NCBI GenBank assembly: GCA_029242795.1
Contig: JAQWTH010000017.1
Location: 4,211 to 68,210 of the forward strand
DNA length: 64,000 nucleotides
Origin: Candidatus Pelagibacterales bacterium
Lineage (GTDB): Bacteria; Pseudomonadota; Alphaproteobacteria; Pelagibacterales; AG-422-B15
Direction: 5' to 3'
This document shows positions 50,014 to 59,373 of the stretch, piece after piece. The notes beneath the pieces were generated by a model. It was not told the DNA's origin. It ran no database searches and was given only the letters and a program-made list of their open reading frames with translations. Made by a program: the position numbers and the translations under genes. How positions within the stretch are numbered: position 1 is the first letter of the stretch; every line of letters begins with the position of its first letter.

Positions 50014-50292
50014 AAATATATATATAAGGTAGTAGTAGTAGTTGTGCCTGTGTGTTTGTGATTAACTTATTACTCTATTTTTTATCCACATTAAAAAACC
50101 CTAAAAAACCAATAAAAACAAGATAAAAACAAAATATTCACACCTGTTGATAATAATTGTAGTAAAGCCCACAAGTGCATAACCACCACCCTAACATCTA
50201 ATAAAAATAGATTATTTATATAAAAAACAAGACAATTAACATTTATAAAGAAATGTAAACAACATATATAAAGATACTAATATTTTATTAAC
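50014..50292. other. Candidate chromosomal replication origin (oriC) between divergent hemE and maf
   Basis: Largest intergenic gap (279 bp). It holds one perfect and three 1-mismatch DnaA boxes within 50057-50153, four helically phased A-tracts, and a 92-nt stretch with 12 G/C (about 87% A+T) at 50201-50292. A hemE-adjacent origin is typical of alphaproteobacteria. Confidence 0.65.
50082..50090 (+). promoter_or_regulatory. Perfect DnaA box
   Basis: TTATCCACA exact match to the TTATNCACA consensus. Confidence 0.6.
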
Positions 50293-50886
50293 ATGAATAT
50301 ACATCTTGCATCAAAAAGTGAAACCAGAGGAAAACTACTAAAAAACGCAAAAATTAGTTTTTCTAGAATAGACCATGGTGTTGATGAGGATGAAATTAAA
50401 ATTTCTCTTCAAAACCAATCACCAACAGAAATTGCTGTTAAATTATCAGAGCTCAAAGCAACACAACCAAACCCGGAAAAAAAAGAAGATCTGGTTATTG
50501 GTTCAGACCAGGTTTTAGATTTAGAAGGCAAGCTATTTAATAAAGCCAGAGACTTAGATGAAGCAAAATCACAACTTGTAGAACTAAGTGGCAAAAAACA
50601 TAACCTGATAACATCGACGGTAATTGCACAAAATAAAAGTATTATTTGGAGGCATCTTGATAAATCTACACTTGTGATGAGAACTTTAACCACAAATGAT
50701 ATAGACAACTATCTGAATGAAGTTGATAAATCTATTTTAAACCTAGTAGGCGTTTACGCCATTGAAAAAGAAGGAATAAAATTATTCGAAAAGATAGATG
50801 GTGATTTTTTTTCAATACAAGGACTATCTGTCACTCCTTTAATAAATTTTTTAAGACAACATGATTTAATTTTAAATAATGAGTAA
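50293..50886 (+). CDS. maf: Maf-like nucleoside-triphosphate pyrophosphatase
   Basis: 197 aa; N-terminus IHLASKSETRGKLL, GSDQV, GAYAIE-like GVYAIEKEG. Confidence 0.85.
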   Translation: MNIHLASKSETRGKLLKNAKISFSRIDHGVDEDEIKISLQNQSPTEIAVKLSELKATQPNPEKKEDLVIGSDQVLDLEGKLFNKARDLDEAKSQLVELSGKKHNLITSTVIAQNKSIIWRHLDKSTLVMRTLTTNDIDNYLNEVDKSILNLVGVYAIEKEGIKLFEKIDGDFFSIQGLSVTPLINFLRQHDLILNNE

Positions 50887-51694
50887 TCATACAGCAGTTA
50901 TTGGCCAACCTATCGAACACAGCGTTTCTCCAAAGATTCATAATTTTTGGATTAAAGAAAATGGAATTGAGGTTGGTGAGTATAAAAAAATATCGTTAAA
51001 TAAAGAAGATGTAAAAAGCTTTCTAGAAAAATGTATGTCTGAAAACTATAAAGGATTAAATGTTACCGTACCTCACAAAGAATTAGTTTTTGAGCTGTGT
51101 GATCAAACCTCCCCAATAGCTGAGAAATTACAAGCTATAAATACTATTACATTTAGTGAAAATAAAATCATTGGAGATAACACAGATCCAATAGGTTTTA
51201 AAAATTCTATATCGTCAAATAATCAAGCTAAGTATATTGAAAACAAGAAAGTGCTAGTGATTGGCGCTGGAGGTTCAGCACGATCGATTATTTATCAATT
51301 ACAGATGATGGGAGCAAACGTTGTTAACGCAAACAGAACAGAGAATAAAAGTGAAAAAATCAAAAAAAGCCTAAATATCAATTTTGATATTTGTTCACTT
51401 CAAGATATCGCTTCAATTCTAAAAGAAATAGATTTCGTAGTTAATACAACCAGCCTTGGTATTGATGGAACAAAAAATAACCTTGTCGATTTTGATTTAT
51501 TAAAAGAAAACTCTTATGTTTATGATTTAATTTATAATCCAAAAAGAACACCATTTTTAAGGAATGCAGAGCAAAAAGGTCATCAAGTGCAGAATGGATT
51601 ACAAATGTTAATTCATCAAGCCGCAGCATCATTTAAAATCTGGCACGGTATTGAGCCACAAATTTCTGATCAATTAATTAAAAGTTTGGAATAA
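50879..51694 (+). CDS. aroE: Shikimate dehydrogenase
   Basis: 271 aa; VIGQPIEHSVSPKIHN, NVTVPHK, GAGGSARS. Confidence 0.9.
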   Translation: MSNHTAVIGQPIEHSVSPKIHNFWIKENGIEVGEYKKISLNKEDVKSFLEKCMSENYKGLNVTVPHKELVFELCDQTSPIAEKLQAINTITFSENKIIGDNTDPIGFKNSISSNNQAKYIENKKVLVIGAGGSARSIIYQLQMMGANVVNANRTENKSEKIKKSLNINFDICSLQDIASILKEIDFVVNTTSLGIDGTKNNLVDFDLLKENSYVYDLIYNPKRTPFLRNAEQKGHQVQNGLQMLIHQAAASFKIWHGIEPQISDQLIKSLE

Positions 51695-51696
51695 TA

Positions 51697-52320
51697 ATGT
51701 TGCTTGTGGGTTTAACTGGTTCAATTGGTATGGGTAAGTCAACAACCGCATCAATGTTTAAAGATTATAAATTTGCTGTATACAATGCGGATGACACGGT
51801 TCATTACATCTATGAAAATGACGAGATTATAATAAATAAAATAGAGAAATCATTTCCAGGATCGAAGGTTGATGGCAAGGTTAGTAGGGATGTTCTAAAA
51901 AATGAATTAAGCAAAAACCCAAAGAGATTTAAAGAACTTGAATCCATTATACACCCTGCAACTCGTCAATATCAAATATCATTTATAAAACAAATGATAG
52001 AGAAAGGACGTATAGGATGTATTTTGGATATTCCCCTTTTATTTGAAACTGGTGGCGAAAAGTATATTGATGTCTCTGTCGTTGTAACAGCTTCTGAAGA
52101 AACTCAGTATCAAAGGGTTATAAATGAACGTGGATTGGATGTAGATCTATTTAAACAAATATTAGCACAACAAATGCCAGACCAAGAAAAATGTGAAAGA
52201 GCAGATTATGTTATTTCAACAAACAATAATATGGACTCAACGAGAAAAGAAGTATCAACTATTGTTGATAAATTAGTTCTTCTTGAGCCTAAAGCATGGA
52301 ATGATCATTATAACAAATGA
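51697..52320 (+). CDS. coaE: Dephospho-CoA kinase
   Basis: 207 aa; P-loop GLTGSIGMGKST, LDIPLLFE. Confidence 0.9.
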   Translation: MLLVGLTGSIGMGKSTTASMFKDYKFAVYNADDTVHYIYENDEIIINKIEKSFPGSKVDGKVSRDVLKNELSKNPKRFKELESIIHPATRQYQISFIKQMIEKGRIGCILDIPLLFETGGEKYIDVSVVVTASEETQYQRVINERGLDVDLFKQILAQQMPDQEKCERADYVISTNNNMDSTRKEVSTIVDKLVLLEPKAWNDHYNK

Positions 52321-53006
52321 GAGAAATCATTTTAGATACTGAAACGACAGGCCTTAATCCTAATGAGGGGCATAAGGTAATTGAAATTGCGGCTATAGAA
52401 ATCATTGATTTTTTACCGAGTGGGAAAATATTTCATAAATATATAAATCCCGAAAGGGACGTTCCTCAGCAGTCAATAGATATCCATGGTTTGACTATTG
52501 ATTTTTTAAGCGATAAGAAAATTTTTAGAAAGATAGCCGATGAATTTTTAGAGTTTGTTTCTGACTCACCAATTATTGCACATAATGTAGATTTTGATAT
52601 AGGGTTTTTAAATTATGAGTTGTCTAATTGTGAAAAAGACAGATTAACAAATAATACTATAGATACAGTAGCAATCGCGCGTGAAAAATTCCCTGGGCAG
52701 AGTGTTTCCCTAGATGCTTTGTGTAAACGATATAATATTAGTATTGCGGCTAGAGAAAAGCACTCAGCTATATTGGATACAGAACTTTTATCAAAAGTTT
52801 ATATTGAATTACTGGATAAAAAAGAACCAACATTAGATTTAAATATTGATACTAAAACTTTTGAAAATGATACTGAATTTGATGTATCAAAATTTAAAAA
52901 CAGAAAATTACCAATACGTCTTTCTAAAGAGGAAGAAGAATTACATAAAGATTTTGTTAAAACCCTTGGTTCAAAAGCTATTTGGAAAAAAATTAACTCT
53001 AATTAA
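52317..53006 (+). CDS. dnaQ: DNA polymerase III epsilon (3'-5' exonuclease) subunit
   Basis: 229 aa; Exo I ILDTETTGL, Exo II IAHNVDFDIGFL, Exo III HSAILDTELL. Confidence 0.9.
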   Translation: MREIILDTETTGLNPNEGHKVIEIAAIEIIDFLPSGKIFHKYINPERDVPQQSIDIHGLTIDFLSDKKIFRKIADEFLEFVSDSPIIAHNVDFDIGFLNYELSNCEKDRLTNNTIDTVAIAREKFPGQSVSLDALCKRYNISIAAREKHSAILDTELLSKVYIELLDKKEPTLDLNIDTKTFENDTEFDVSKFKNRKLPIRLSKEEEELHKDFVKTLGSKAIWKKINSN

Positions 53007-53436
53007 TTGACTCTTCTTTTGTTTCTTTTTTTTGTTCATACAATTTTGCAAAGTTAACAGGGTCTAGTAGCAATGGCGGTAAACCACCATCTGCATGAAG
53101 ATCATATATTATTCTTCTAGCAAATGGAAAAATTAATCTTGGGCATTCCACCAATAAATACGGTTCTCTAATATCATCTGTAAGATTTTCAATTTCAAAA
53201 ATACCCACATATTTTAAATCGATAAGATATACACTTTTTTTATTTTGTATCGCCGCAACGTTGATGTTTAGTTCAATTTCGAAAACATTAGTATCTTTTT
53301 GATTAGTTGCTTTTACATCTATGTTTGCTTTTATTTCTGGTTTCTCAGTTTGAGCTCTAAATGACATGGGACCTTGAGGATTTTCAAAAGATAAATCTCT
53401 AACAAACTGGGTTATAATTTTTGCTTGTGCGTCCAT
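52999..53436 (-). CDS. secB: Protein-export chaperone SecB
   Basis: 145 aa; SecB-like beta-sheet core, CPRLIFPFARRII block; converges on and overlaps dnaQ by 8 nt. Confidence 0.88.
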   Translation of the reverse strand: MDAQAKIITQFVRDLSFENPQGPMSFRAQTEKPEIKANIDVKATNQKDTNVFEIELNINVAAIQNKKSVYLIDLKYVGIFEIENLTDDIREPYLLVECPRLIFPFARRIIYDLHADGGLPPLLLDPVNFAKLYEQKKETKEESIN

Positions 53437-53879
53437 TAATTTTCGTCCTTATTATCCATTTCTTCAAATTCACCTTCAATAGGATCATTTATATCTTGTT
53501 TTGATTTATATGCAAAATTTGATCTATTTTTAATGAATAAGCCGATTAATGCTTTGCCAATAAAAAATCTTGTAATTGGGATCAATCCCATGAACCCAAT
53601 TGCGTCAGTAAAAAAACCAGGTATTAATAGTAGAATACCTGAGATCAGTATTACAAAGCCATCGAATAAACTTCGAACCGGTAACTCTTGATTTTGGATT
53701 TCTTCTTGCATTTTTCGTAAAGTATTAAATCCTTGTTGTCTAACCAAATACACGCCTATTCCAGCAGTTAAAAAAATTAACAATATTGTATTTACAGTCC
53801 CTAATGCATCTCCAAATTGAATAAATAATGATATTTCAATGACTGGCAATACTATGAAAATTAACAATAAATAGATCAT
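53436..53879 (-). CDS. fxsA: FxsA-family membrane protein
   Basis: 147 aa; N-terminal LPVIEISLFIQFGDALG and LLLIPGFFTD motifs. Confidence 0.75.
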   Translation of the reverse strand: MIYLLLIFIVLPVIEISLFIQFGDALGTVNTILLIFLTAGIGVYLVRQQGFNTLRKMQEEIQNQELPVRSLFDGFVILISGILLLIPGFFTDAIGFMGLIPITRFFIGKALIGLFIKNRSNFAYKSKQDINDPIEGEFEEMDNKDEN

Positions 53880-53945
53880 TTGTTACTTATTTCTTATTGA
53901 AACTTTAATTTTAGTAGTTACATATATTACACTATAATAAAATAT

Positions 53946-54563
53946 ATGAACGAAGCTTTTCAATATCTAGATATTCTAATTTTGGCTGTTCTAGCAGGTC
54001 TTGTGCTTTTGAGACTCAGAAGCGTTTTAGGCCGAAGAACTGGTAATGAAAAAACTGATACTTCTTCATTCAATTACGAAGCAACCAACACTGAGTCTAA
54101 AGTAGAGCCGTCCATTAAAATTCCACCAGTTGATAGAAACACTTCTAGTGGAGATAGCTGGTTTAATTCAAAAGACTTTCTTAATGGTGCAAATAAAGCT
54201 TATGAATTAATTGTAATAAACTTTGAAAATGGAAATAAAAAAGAACTTACCCCGTTCCTTGAAAAATCAGTCCTTTCAAATTTTTCAGAGGTCATTGATC
54301 AAAGACAGCAAGATAATCATACTGTAGAATTTAGTTTTATTGGTATTGAGTCATCAGAAATCGTGCATAAGGATCTTAAAAATGATCCTATGGAAGTAAC
54401 TGTAAGATTTATTTCAGAGATGATTACTTGTATACGAAATAATAAAGATGAGATTATTTCTGGAAGTATGAATCAGGTTCAAAAAATTACAGATGTTTGG
54501 ACTTTCACAAAAAATAAAAAAATAAAAAGTGATAACTGGCTGCTATCAGCTACGTCTGATTAA
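53946..54563 (+). CDS. Tim44-like domain membrane-anchored protein
   Basis: 205 aa; N-terminal TM helix, C-terminal Tim44-like domain (FLNGANKAYELIVINFENGN ... DVWTFTK). Confidence 0.8.
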   Translation: MNEAFQYLDILILAVLAGLVLLRLRSVLGRRTGNEKTDTSSFNYEATNTESKVEPSIKIPPVDRNTSSGDSWFNSKDFLNGANKAYELIVINFENGNKKELTPFLEKSVLSNFSEVIDQRQQDNHTVEFSFIGIESSEIVHKDLKNDPMEVTVRFISEMITCIRNNKDEIISGSMNQVQKITDVWTFTKNKKIKSDNWLLSATSD

Positions 54564-54984
54564 TTAAAAATTTTTCTAACTTTTTTCTTATATCATCAGG
54601 TATCTGAACTGATTTGTGTGTTGGCTGGTGTGTGTTTACCCAAATCATTTCGACTTTATTTAATAAATCATCTGAGTCTTTTTTATAAATTTCTTGAGTA
54701 AATGTAATGCTTGAATTTCCAATCTTCTTTATTGCAGAATAAATTTCAAGCGTATCATTTAATTTTGCTGGCGCTTTATATGACATATTAACGTTTACAG
54801 TATGAAACTCATTTTGAGTTTCTTTTATATATTCTTCTTGATTAAAAGCTTGATCTAATAAGTCTGCTAAGGAAATATCGTAATAAGTTAAGTAGTGAGA
54901 GTTATAAACTATTGATTGGCTATCTATTTCAGAGTACCGAACTTTTAACGAATGAACATGTGTGTCAGTTTTTTTGAGTGACAT
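54550..54984 (-). CDS. 4HBT (hotdog-fold) acyl-CoA thioesterase, YbgC-like
   Basis: 144 aa; VRYSEIDSQSIVYNSHYLTYYD block typical of 4HBT thioesterases. Confidence 0.8.
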   Translation of the reverse strand: MSLKKTDTHVHSLKVRYSEIDSQSIVYNSHYLTYYDISLADLLDQAFNQEEYIKETQNEFHTVNVNMSYKAPAKLNDTLEIYSAIKKIGNSSITFTQEIYKKDSDDLLNKVEMIWVNTHQPTHKSVQIPDDIRKKLEKFLINQT

Positions 54985-54987
54985 TAT

Positions 54988-56292
54988 TTATAAAATAAAT
55001 TTTGATAAGTCGGTGTTTTTTGATAATTCATCAACATGACTATTTACGTATTCAGAGTCAATTATTAATTTCTCACCTCCTTTATCAGGTGCTGAAAAGC
55101 TTATATCTTCTAAAACTCTTTCTAATATAGTGTGCAATCTTCTAGCGCCTATATTCTCAATCGTAGAATTAATATGCACTGCTAGACTTGCAATTGACTC
55201 TATCCCACTTTCACTGAATTCAAGATTGACGTCCTCTGTGCTAAGTAAGGCCTGATATTGTTTAATTAGACTGTATTCTGGTTCAGTTAAAATACGCTTA
55301 AAATCCTCTTTTTCCAAAGGTTTGAGACTAACTCTAATTGGAAGCCTGCCCTGAAGTTCTGGTAATAAATCAGATGGTTTTGCCAATTGAAAGGCGCCTG
55401 ATGCAATAAACAAAATATGGTCTGTTTTAATTGTTCCATGTTTCGTATTTACTACAGTTCCCTCAATCAAAGGAAGTAAATCTCTTTGCACCCCTTATCG
55501 TGATACATCTGCCCCTACTCTTTCTGATCGTGCACATACTTTATCAATTTCATCTAAAAAAACTATTCCATTTTCTTCGACTGCTTTTTTTGCTTCACTT
55601 ATTATTTGATCACTATCGATTAGTTTATCTGATTCTTCATTAACCAGAATTTCGTATGAGTCCGCCACTGTTATTTTTTTCTTTTTGGTCTTAGATCCCA
55701 TAGCTTTGCCAAGCATATCATTTAAATTGATCATACCAATTCCACCTCCACCTCCACCTTGAAGATCTATTGTAGGCATGGATCCAGTGTCTTGAACATC
55801 GATTTCAATTACTTTTTCATCTAACTCATTATTACGTAATTTTTTTCTGAAGTTATCTTTTGTCGAAGACCCAGCAGCAGGTCCCACTAAACAATCAAGA
55901 ACTCTCTCTTCGGCTAATAGTTTTGCTTGAGCATTAACTTCTTTGCGTTTTATTTCTCTTACCATTGTTATAGCAATTTCTATTAGGTCCCGAACAATCT
56001 GCTCAACATCTCTTCCGACATAACCAACTTCTGTAAATTTAGTAGCTTCAACTTTCAAAAAAGGTGCTTGTGCAAGTTTTGATAACCTTCTAGATATTTC
56101 AGTTTTTCCAATACCAGTTGGTCCAATCATCAAAATATTTTTTGGTAATACTTCATCTTTCATATCATCATCTAATTGCTGACGACGCCATCTATTTCGA
56201 AGTGCGATAGCGACAGATTTTTTTGCTTCATCTTGTCCGATGATATATCTGTCTAGTTCTGAAACTATTTCTCTAGGTGAAAATGATTGCAC
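54988..56292 (-). pseudogene. hslU: ATP-dependent protease ATPase subunit HslU, interrupted by one in-frame TAA (55495-55497)
   Basis: Two same-frame ORFs of 265 aa and 167 aa. The junction reads [13 protein letters not shown] where orthologs have [11 protein letters not shown]. Walker [10 protein letters not shown], Walker B FLDEIDK and the C-terminal tail DLSKFIL are all intact. Confidence 0.85.
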
Positions 56293-56293
56293 T

Positions 56294-56845
56294 TTAAAAT
56301 TCTATTTTCTCTACTGTCAAATTATTATTAGTAAATACACAAATGTCAGAGGCAATCTTTATTGACTTTCTTGCAATATCTTCGGCAGTTAATTCGGTAT
56401 CTGATAATGCTCTTGCTGCAGCTAATGCATAATTTCCTCCACTACCAATTCCAATTATATTTCCCTCAGGCTCTAAAACATCTCCCATTCCGGTAATCAG
56501 AAGTGAAGTATTGGAATCTGCAACAGTAAGAAGAGCTTCTAGTCTTCTAAGGTATTTATCTGTTCTCCAATCTTTAGCCAGTTCGACGCAAGCTCGAGTT
56601 AACTGATTAGGGTGTTTCTCTAATTTCTCTTCAAGTCGCTCAAATAATGTAAATGCATCTGCTGTTGCACCAGCAAATCCAGCAATCACATTACTATTTG
56701 CTAATTTTCTTACTTTTTGAGCAGTTGATTTAATTACCGTATTACCTAGACTTACTTGGCCATCACCAGCAATGACAACTTGATTACCTTTCCTTACAGA
56801 AATTATTGTTGTCCCATGCCACGATGCATCTTGTTGATTTTCCAT
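56294..56845 (-). CDS. hslV: ATP-dependent protease subunit HslV
   Basis: 183 aa; [10 protein letters not shown] (catalytic Thr after processing), [15 protein letters not shown]. Confidence 0.95.
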   Translation of the reverse strand: MENQQDASWHGTTIISVRKGNQVVIAGDGQVSLGNTVIKSTAQKVRKLANSNVIAGFAGATADAFTLFERLEEKLEKHPNQLTRACVELAKDWRTDKYLRRLEALLTVADSNTSLLITGMGDVLEPEGNIIGIGSGGNYALAAARALSDTELTAEDIARKSIKIASDICVFTNNNLTVEKIEF

Positions 56846-56957
56846 ATGTTTATAATGTGGCTATTAAAAAAATTAGTTCAAGAGCCTTATCACAGTAATT
56901 AAATATATTTTATATAGCAAATTCAGTTATTTATTGTTAGAAATCACCTGTTTGATT

Positions 56958-57557
56958 ATGAGAAAAGCATCAATAAATAGAACTACAAAAGAAACATCAA
57001 TTTCGGTGGATATTAATCTCGACGGTCAAGGTCAATATGAGATAAGCACTGGTATTGGTTTTCTTGACCACATGCTAGAGCAATTAGCAAAGCACTCGCT
57101 GATAGATATGAAAGTTATTGCTAAGGGTGACACGCATATTGATTATCATCATACAACCGAAGATACAGGAATTGCCATTGGTGAATGTATTGCCAAAGCT
57201 CTATCTGATCGAAAGGGAATATCTCGATATGCACATTTTTATATTCCAATGGATGAAACATTGTCTAGAGTATCTCTAGATTTATCAAATCGTCCTTATT
57301 TAATATGGAATGTTCAATTTTCTGCTGCAAAAATAACATCATCACAAGGTGATTTTGATACAGAATTATTTAAAGAATGGTTTCAAGCATTTTCACAAGC
57401 AAGTGGAACTACCTTGCATGTTGAAAATTTATATGGAGTAAATAACCATCATATTATTGAGTCTTGTTTTAAAGCTCTGGCTAGAAGTTTAAGAAAGGCT
57501 GTCTCTATTGATGATAGACAATCTAATGTTGTTCCTTCAACTAAAGGTCAACTCTAG
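56958..57557 (+). CDS. hisB: Imidazoleglycerol-phosphate dehydratase
   Basis: Start moved to the ATG at 56958 ([15 protein letters not shown]); DYHHTTED and NHHIIES metal motifs. Confidence 0.95.
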   Translation: MRKASINRTTKETSISVDINLDGQGQYEISTGIGFLDHMLEQLAKHSLIDMKVIAKGDTHIDYHHTTEDTGIAIGECIAKALSDRKGISRYAHFYIPMDETLSRVSLDLSNRPYLIWNVQFSAAKITSSQGDFDTELFKEWFQAFSQASGTTLHVENLYGVNNHHIIESCFKALARSLRKAVSIDDRQSNVVPSTKGQL

Positions 57558-57559
57558 GA

Positions 57560-58015
57560 ATGGTCAAAGAAAGTATCGAGCTTTCACCTTTTAAATTAAT
57601 AAATCAAAACGGTGAAATAGTTAAATTTCCAAATAAAAAAGTATCTATATTATTTTTTTATCCCAAAGCAAATACTCCTGGTTGTACAAAGGAAGCAGTT
57701 GAATTTGAGTCAAATTTAAAAAAGATTAAAAAATTAAATGCTTGTGTTTATGGTATCTCTAAAGATTCTATCAAACGACAAAAAAATTTTTCGAATAAAT
57801 TTAATATTTCACTAGATTTGTTATCAGATGAAAATAACGATATATGTGAAAAGTTTGGTGTATGGGTGAAAAAGAGTATGTATGGTCGAACATTCTTTGG
57901 AATTGAAAGATCAACTTTTGTTTTAGGAAAAAATATGAAAGTTTTAAAAGAGTGGAGAAAAGTTAAGGTTAGAGACCATGTTTTAGAAGTAATGTCTTTT
58001 TTAAAATCGATATGA
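57560..58015 (+). CDS. bcp: Thiol peroxidase Bcp (peroxiredoxin)
   Basis: 151 aa; FFYPKANTPGCTKEA peroxidatic Cys motif. Confidence 0.9.
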   Translation: MVKESIELSPFKLINQNGEIVKFPNKKVSILFFYPKANTPGCTKEAVEFESNLKKIKKLNACVYGISKDSIKRQKNFSNKFNISLDLLSDENNDICEKFGVWVKKSMYGRTFFGIERSTFVLGKNMKVLKEWRKVKVRDHVLEVMSFLKSI

Positions 58016-58650
58016 TGAAATTAGTAATAATTAACTACGGTTCAGGAAACCTACATTCAGTTCATAAATCTTTTGAAACTGTAAATCAGAGCCTGGGGAA
58101 TCCATACGAAATTTTAGTGTCAAGTAGTGCAAATGAGATTAGTCAATCTGATAAAATTGTCTTACCAGGGGTTGGAGCATTTGGGGAATGTAAGAATGCA
58201 CTAATGAGTTATGATGGACTATTAACATCATTGGAAGATGTTGTAATTAATAAGAAAATTCCATTTATGGGAATCTGTGTTGGAATGCAATTACTGGCAG
58301 ATCAGTCATCAGAATTTGAAATTAATGAGGGTTTAAAATGGATTCCAGGTGAGGTAGTCAAATTAGACTCCAATAAAAATTTTCCAATACCACATATGGG
58401 ATGGAATGAAATTGAATTTATCGACCATCCTTTATTTTCTGATTGTTCTCAAAAAAGTGATTTTTACTTTGTACACAGTTATTATTTTAAATTACAAAGT
58501 AAAGATAATCTGCTTGCAACTACCAAATATCCAAACGAATTAACCGCCGCAGTTATTAAAGATAATATTTTTGGAACTCAATTTCACCCAGAAAAGAGTC
58601 ACTCAAATGGTATGAAGGTGATTAAGAATTTTTTAAACTGGAGACCATAA
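58012..58650 (+). CDS. hisH: Imidazole glycerol phosphate synthase, glutaminase subunit
   Basis: 212 aa; LPGVGAFG, GICVGMQ, GTQFHPEKS. Confidence 0.95.
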   Translation: MMKLVIINYGSGNLHSVHKSFETVNQSLGNPYEILVSSSANEISQSDKIVLPGVGAFGECKNALMSYDGLLTSLEDVVINKKIPFMGICVGMQLLADQSSEFEINEGLKWIPGEVVKLDSNKNFPIPHMGWNEIEFIDHPLFSDCSQKSDFYFVHSYYFKLQSKDNLLATTKYPNELTAAVIKDNIFGTQFHPEKSHSNGMKVIKNFLNWRP

Positions 58651-59372
58651 TGATTTTATTTCCAGCAATAGACTTAAAAGACGGTAAATGTGTTAGATTG
58701 ACTCAAGGAGACTTCAATAAATCAACTGTTTACAATTCTTCCCCGATCGATCAAGCAAAAATATTTGAAGATCTTGGAGTTGAGTGGTTGCACTGTGTAG
58801 ATTTAGATGGTGCTTTACATGGAGTATCAGAAAATCTTAAATTTATCGAACAAATCGCAAATGAAACGAGCCTTAATATTCAAATTGGTGGAGGCATTAG
58901 AACGATGGAAAAAGTAAAATTATTAATTGATCTTGGTGTATCTAATCTTATTCTTGGTACTGCTGTTTTTAAAGATAGAGAGTTTTTTGATGAAACAGTA
59001 AATTTATATCCAAAATCAATTTCAATAGCTTTAGATATAAAAAATAATCAGATAGCAACTCAGGGCTGGAGTGAAGTTCATGAAATAGATTTAATTTCTT
59101 TTCTGACTTCATTAAATAATATGAAAATAAATTCTATTATTTGTACAGATATAGAGCGCGATGGCATGAAGAAGGGTATTAATCATGAGATGCTTCTTCA
59201 AGTAATGAAACACACATCTATTCCTCTTGTTGCTTCTGGTGGTGTTTCATCTCTTTCAGATATTGAAGAGCTCAAAAAACAAAATTATGAATTTGTGAAA
59301 GGTGTAATTGTAGGTAAAGCTATTTACGATAAAAACCTTGAAGTTGAAGATGCATTAAAATTATTAAGTTAA
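58650..59372 (+). CDS. hisA: ProFAR isomerase
   Basis: 240 aa; [23 protein letters not shown]-like [15 protein letters not shown]. Confidence 0.95.
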   Translation: MILFPAIDLKDGKCVRLTQGDFNKSTVYNSSPIDQAKIFEDLGVEWLHCVDLDGALHGVSENLKFIEQIANETSLNIQIGGGIRTMEKVKLLIDLGVSNLILGTAVFKDREFFDETVNLYPKSISIALDIKNNQIATQGWSEVHEIDLISFLTSLNNMKINSIICTDIERDGMKKGINHEMLLQVMKHTSIPLVASGGVSSLSDIEELKKQNYEFVKGVIVGKAIYDKNLEVEDALKLLS

Positions 59373-59373
59373 A

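Noticed and set aside
50014-50292. CtrA (TTAA-N7-TTAA) and CcrM (GANTC) sites in the putative origin
   Set aside because: I checked by eye and found only half-site-like TTAA-N7-TAAA and no GANTC. There is no support for Caulobacter-style cell-cycle control elements here.
55431-55643. 70-aa plus-strand ORF crossing the hslU stop site
   Set aside because: It is antisense shadow (L/H/F-rich). The hslU reading frame explains the region.
55741-55759. Tandem CCACCT/CCTCCA repeat (GGTGGAGGTGGAGGTGG on the coding strand)
   Set aside because: It simply encodes the Gly6 stretch ([10 protein letters not shown]) in the HslU intermediate domain and is not a repeat element. It could be slippage-prone but is in frame here.
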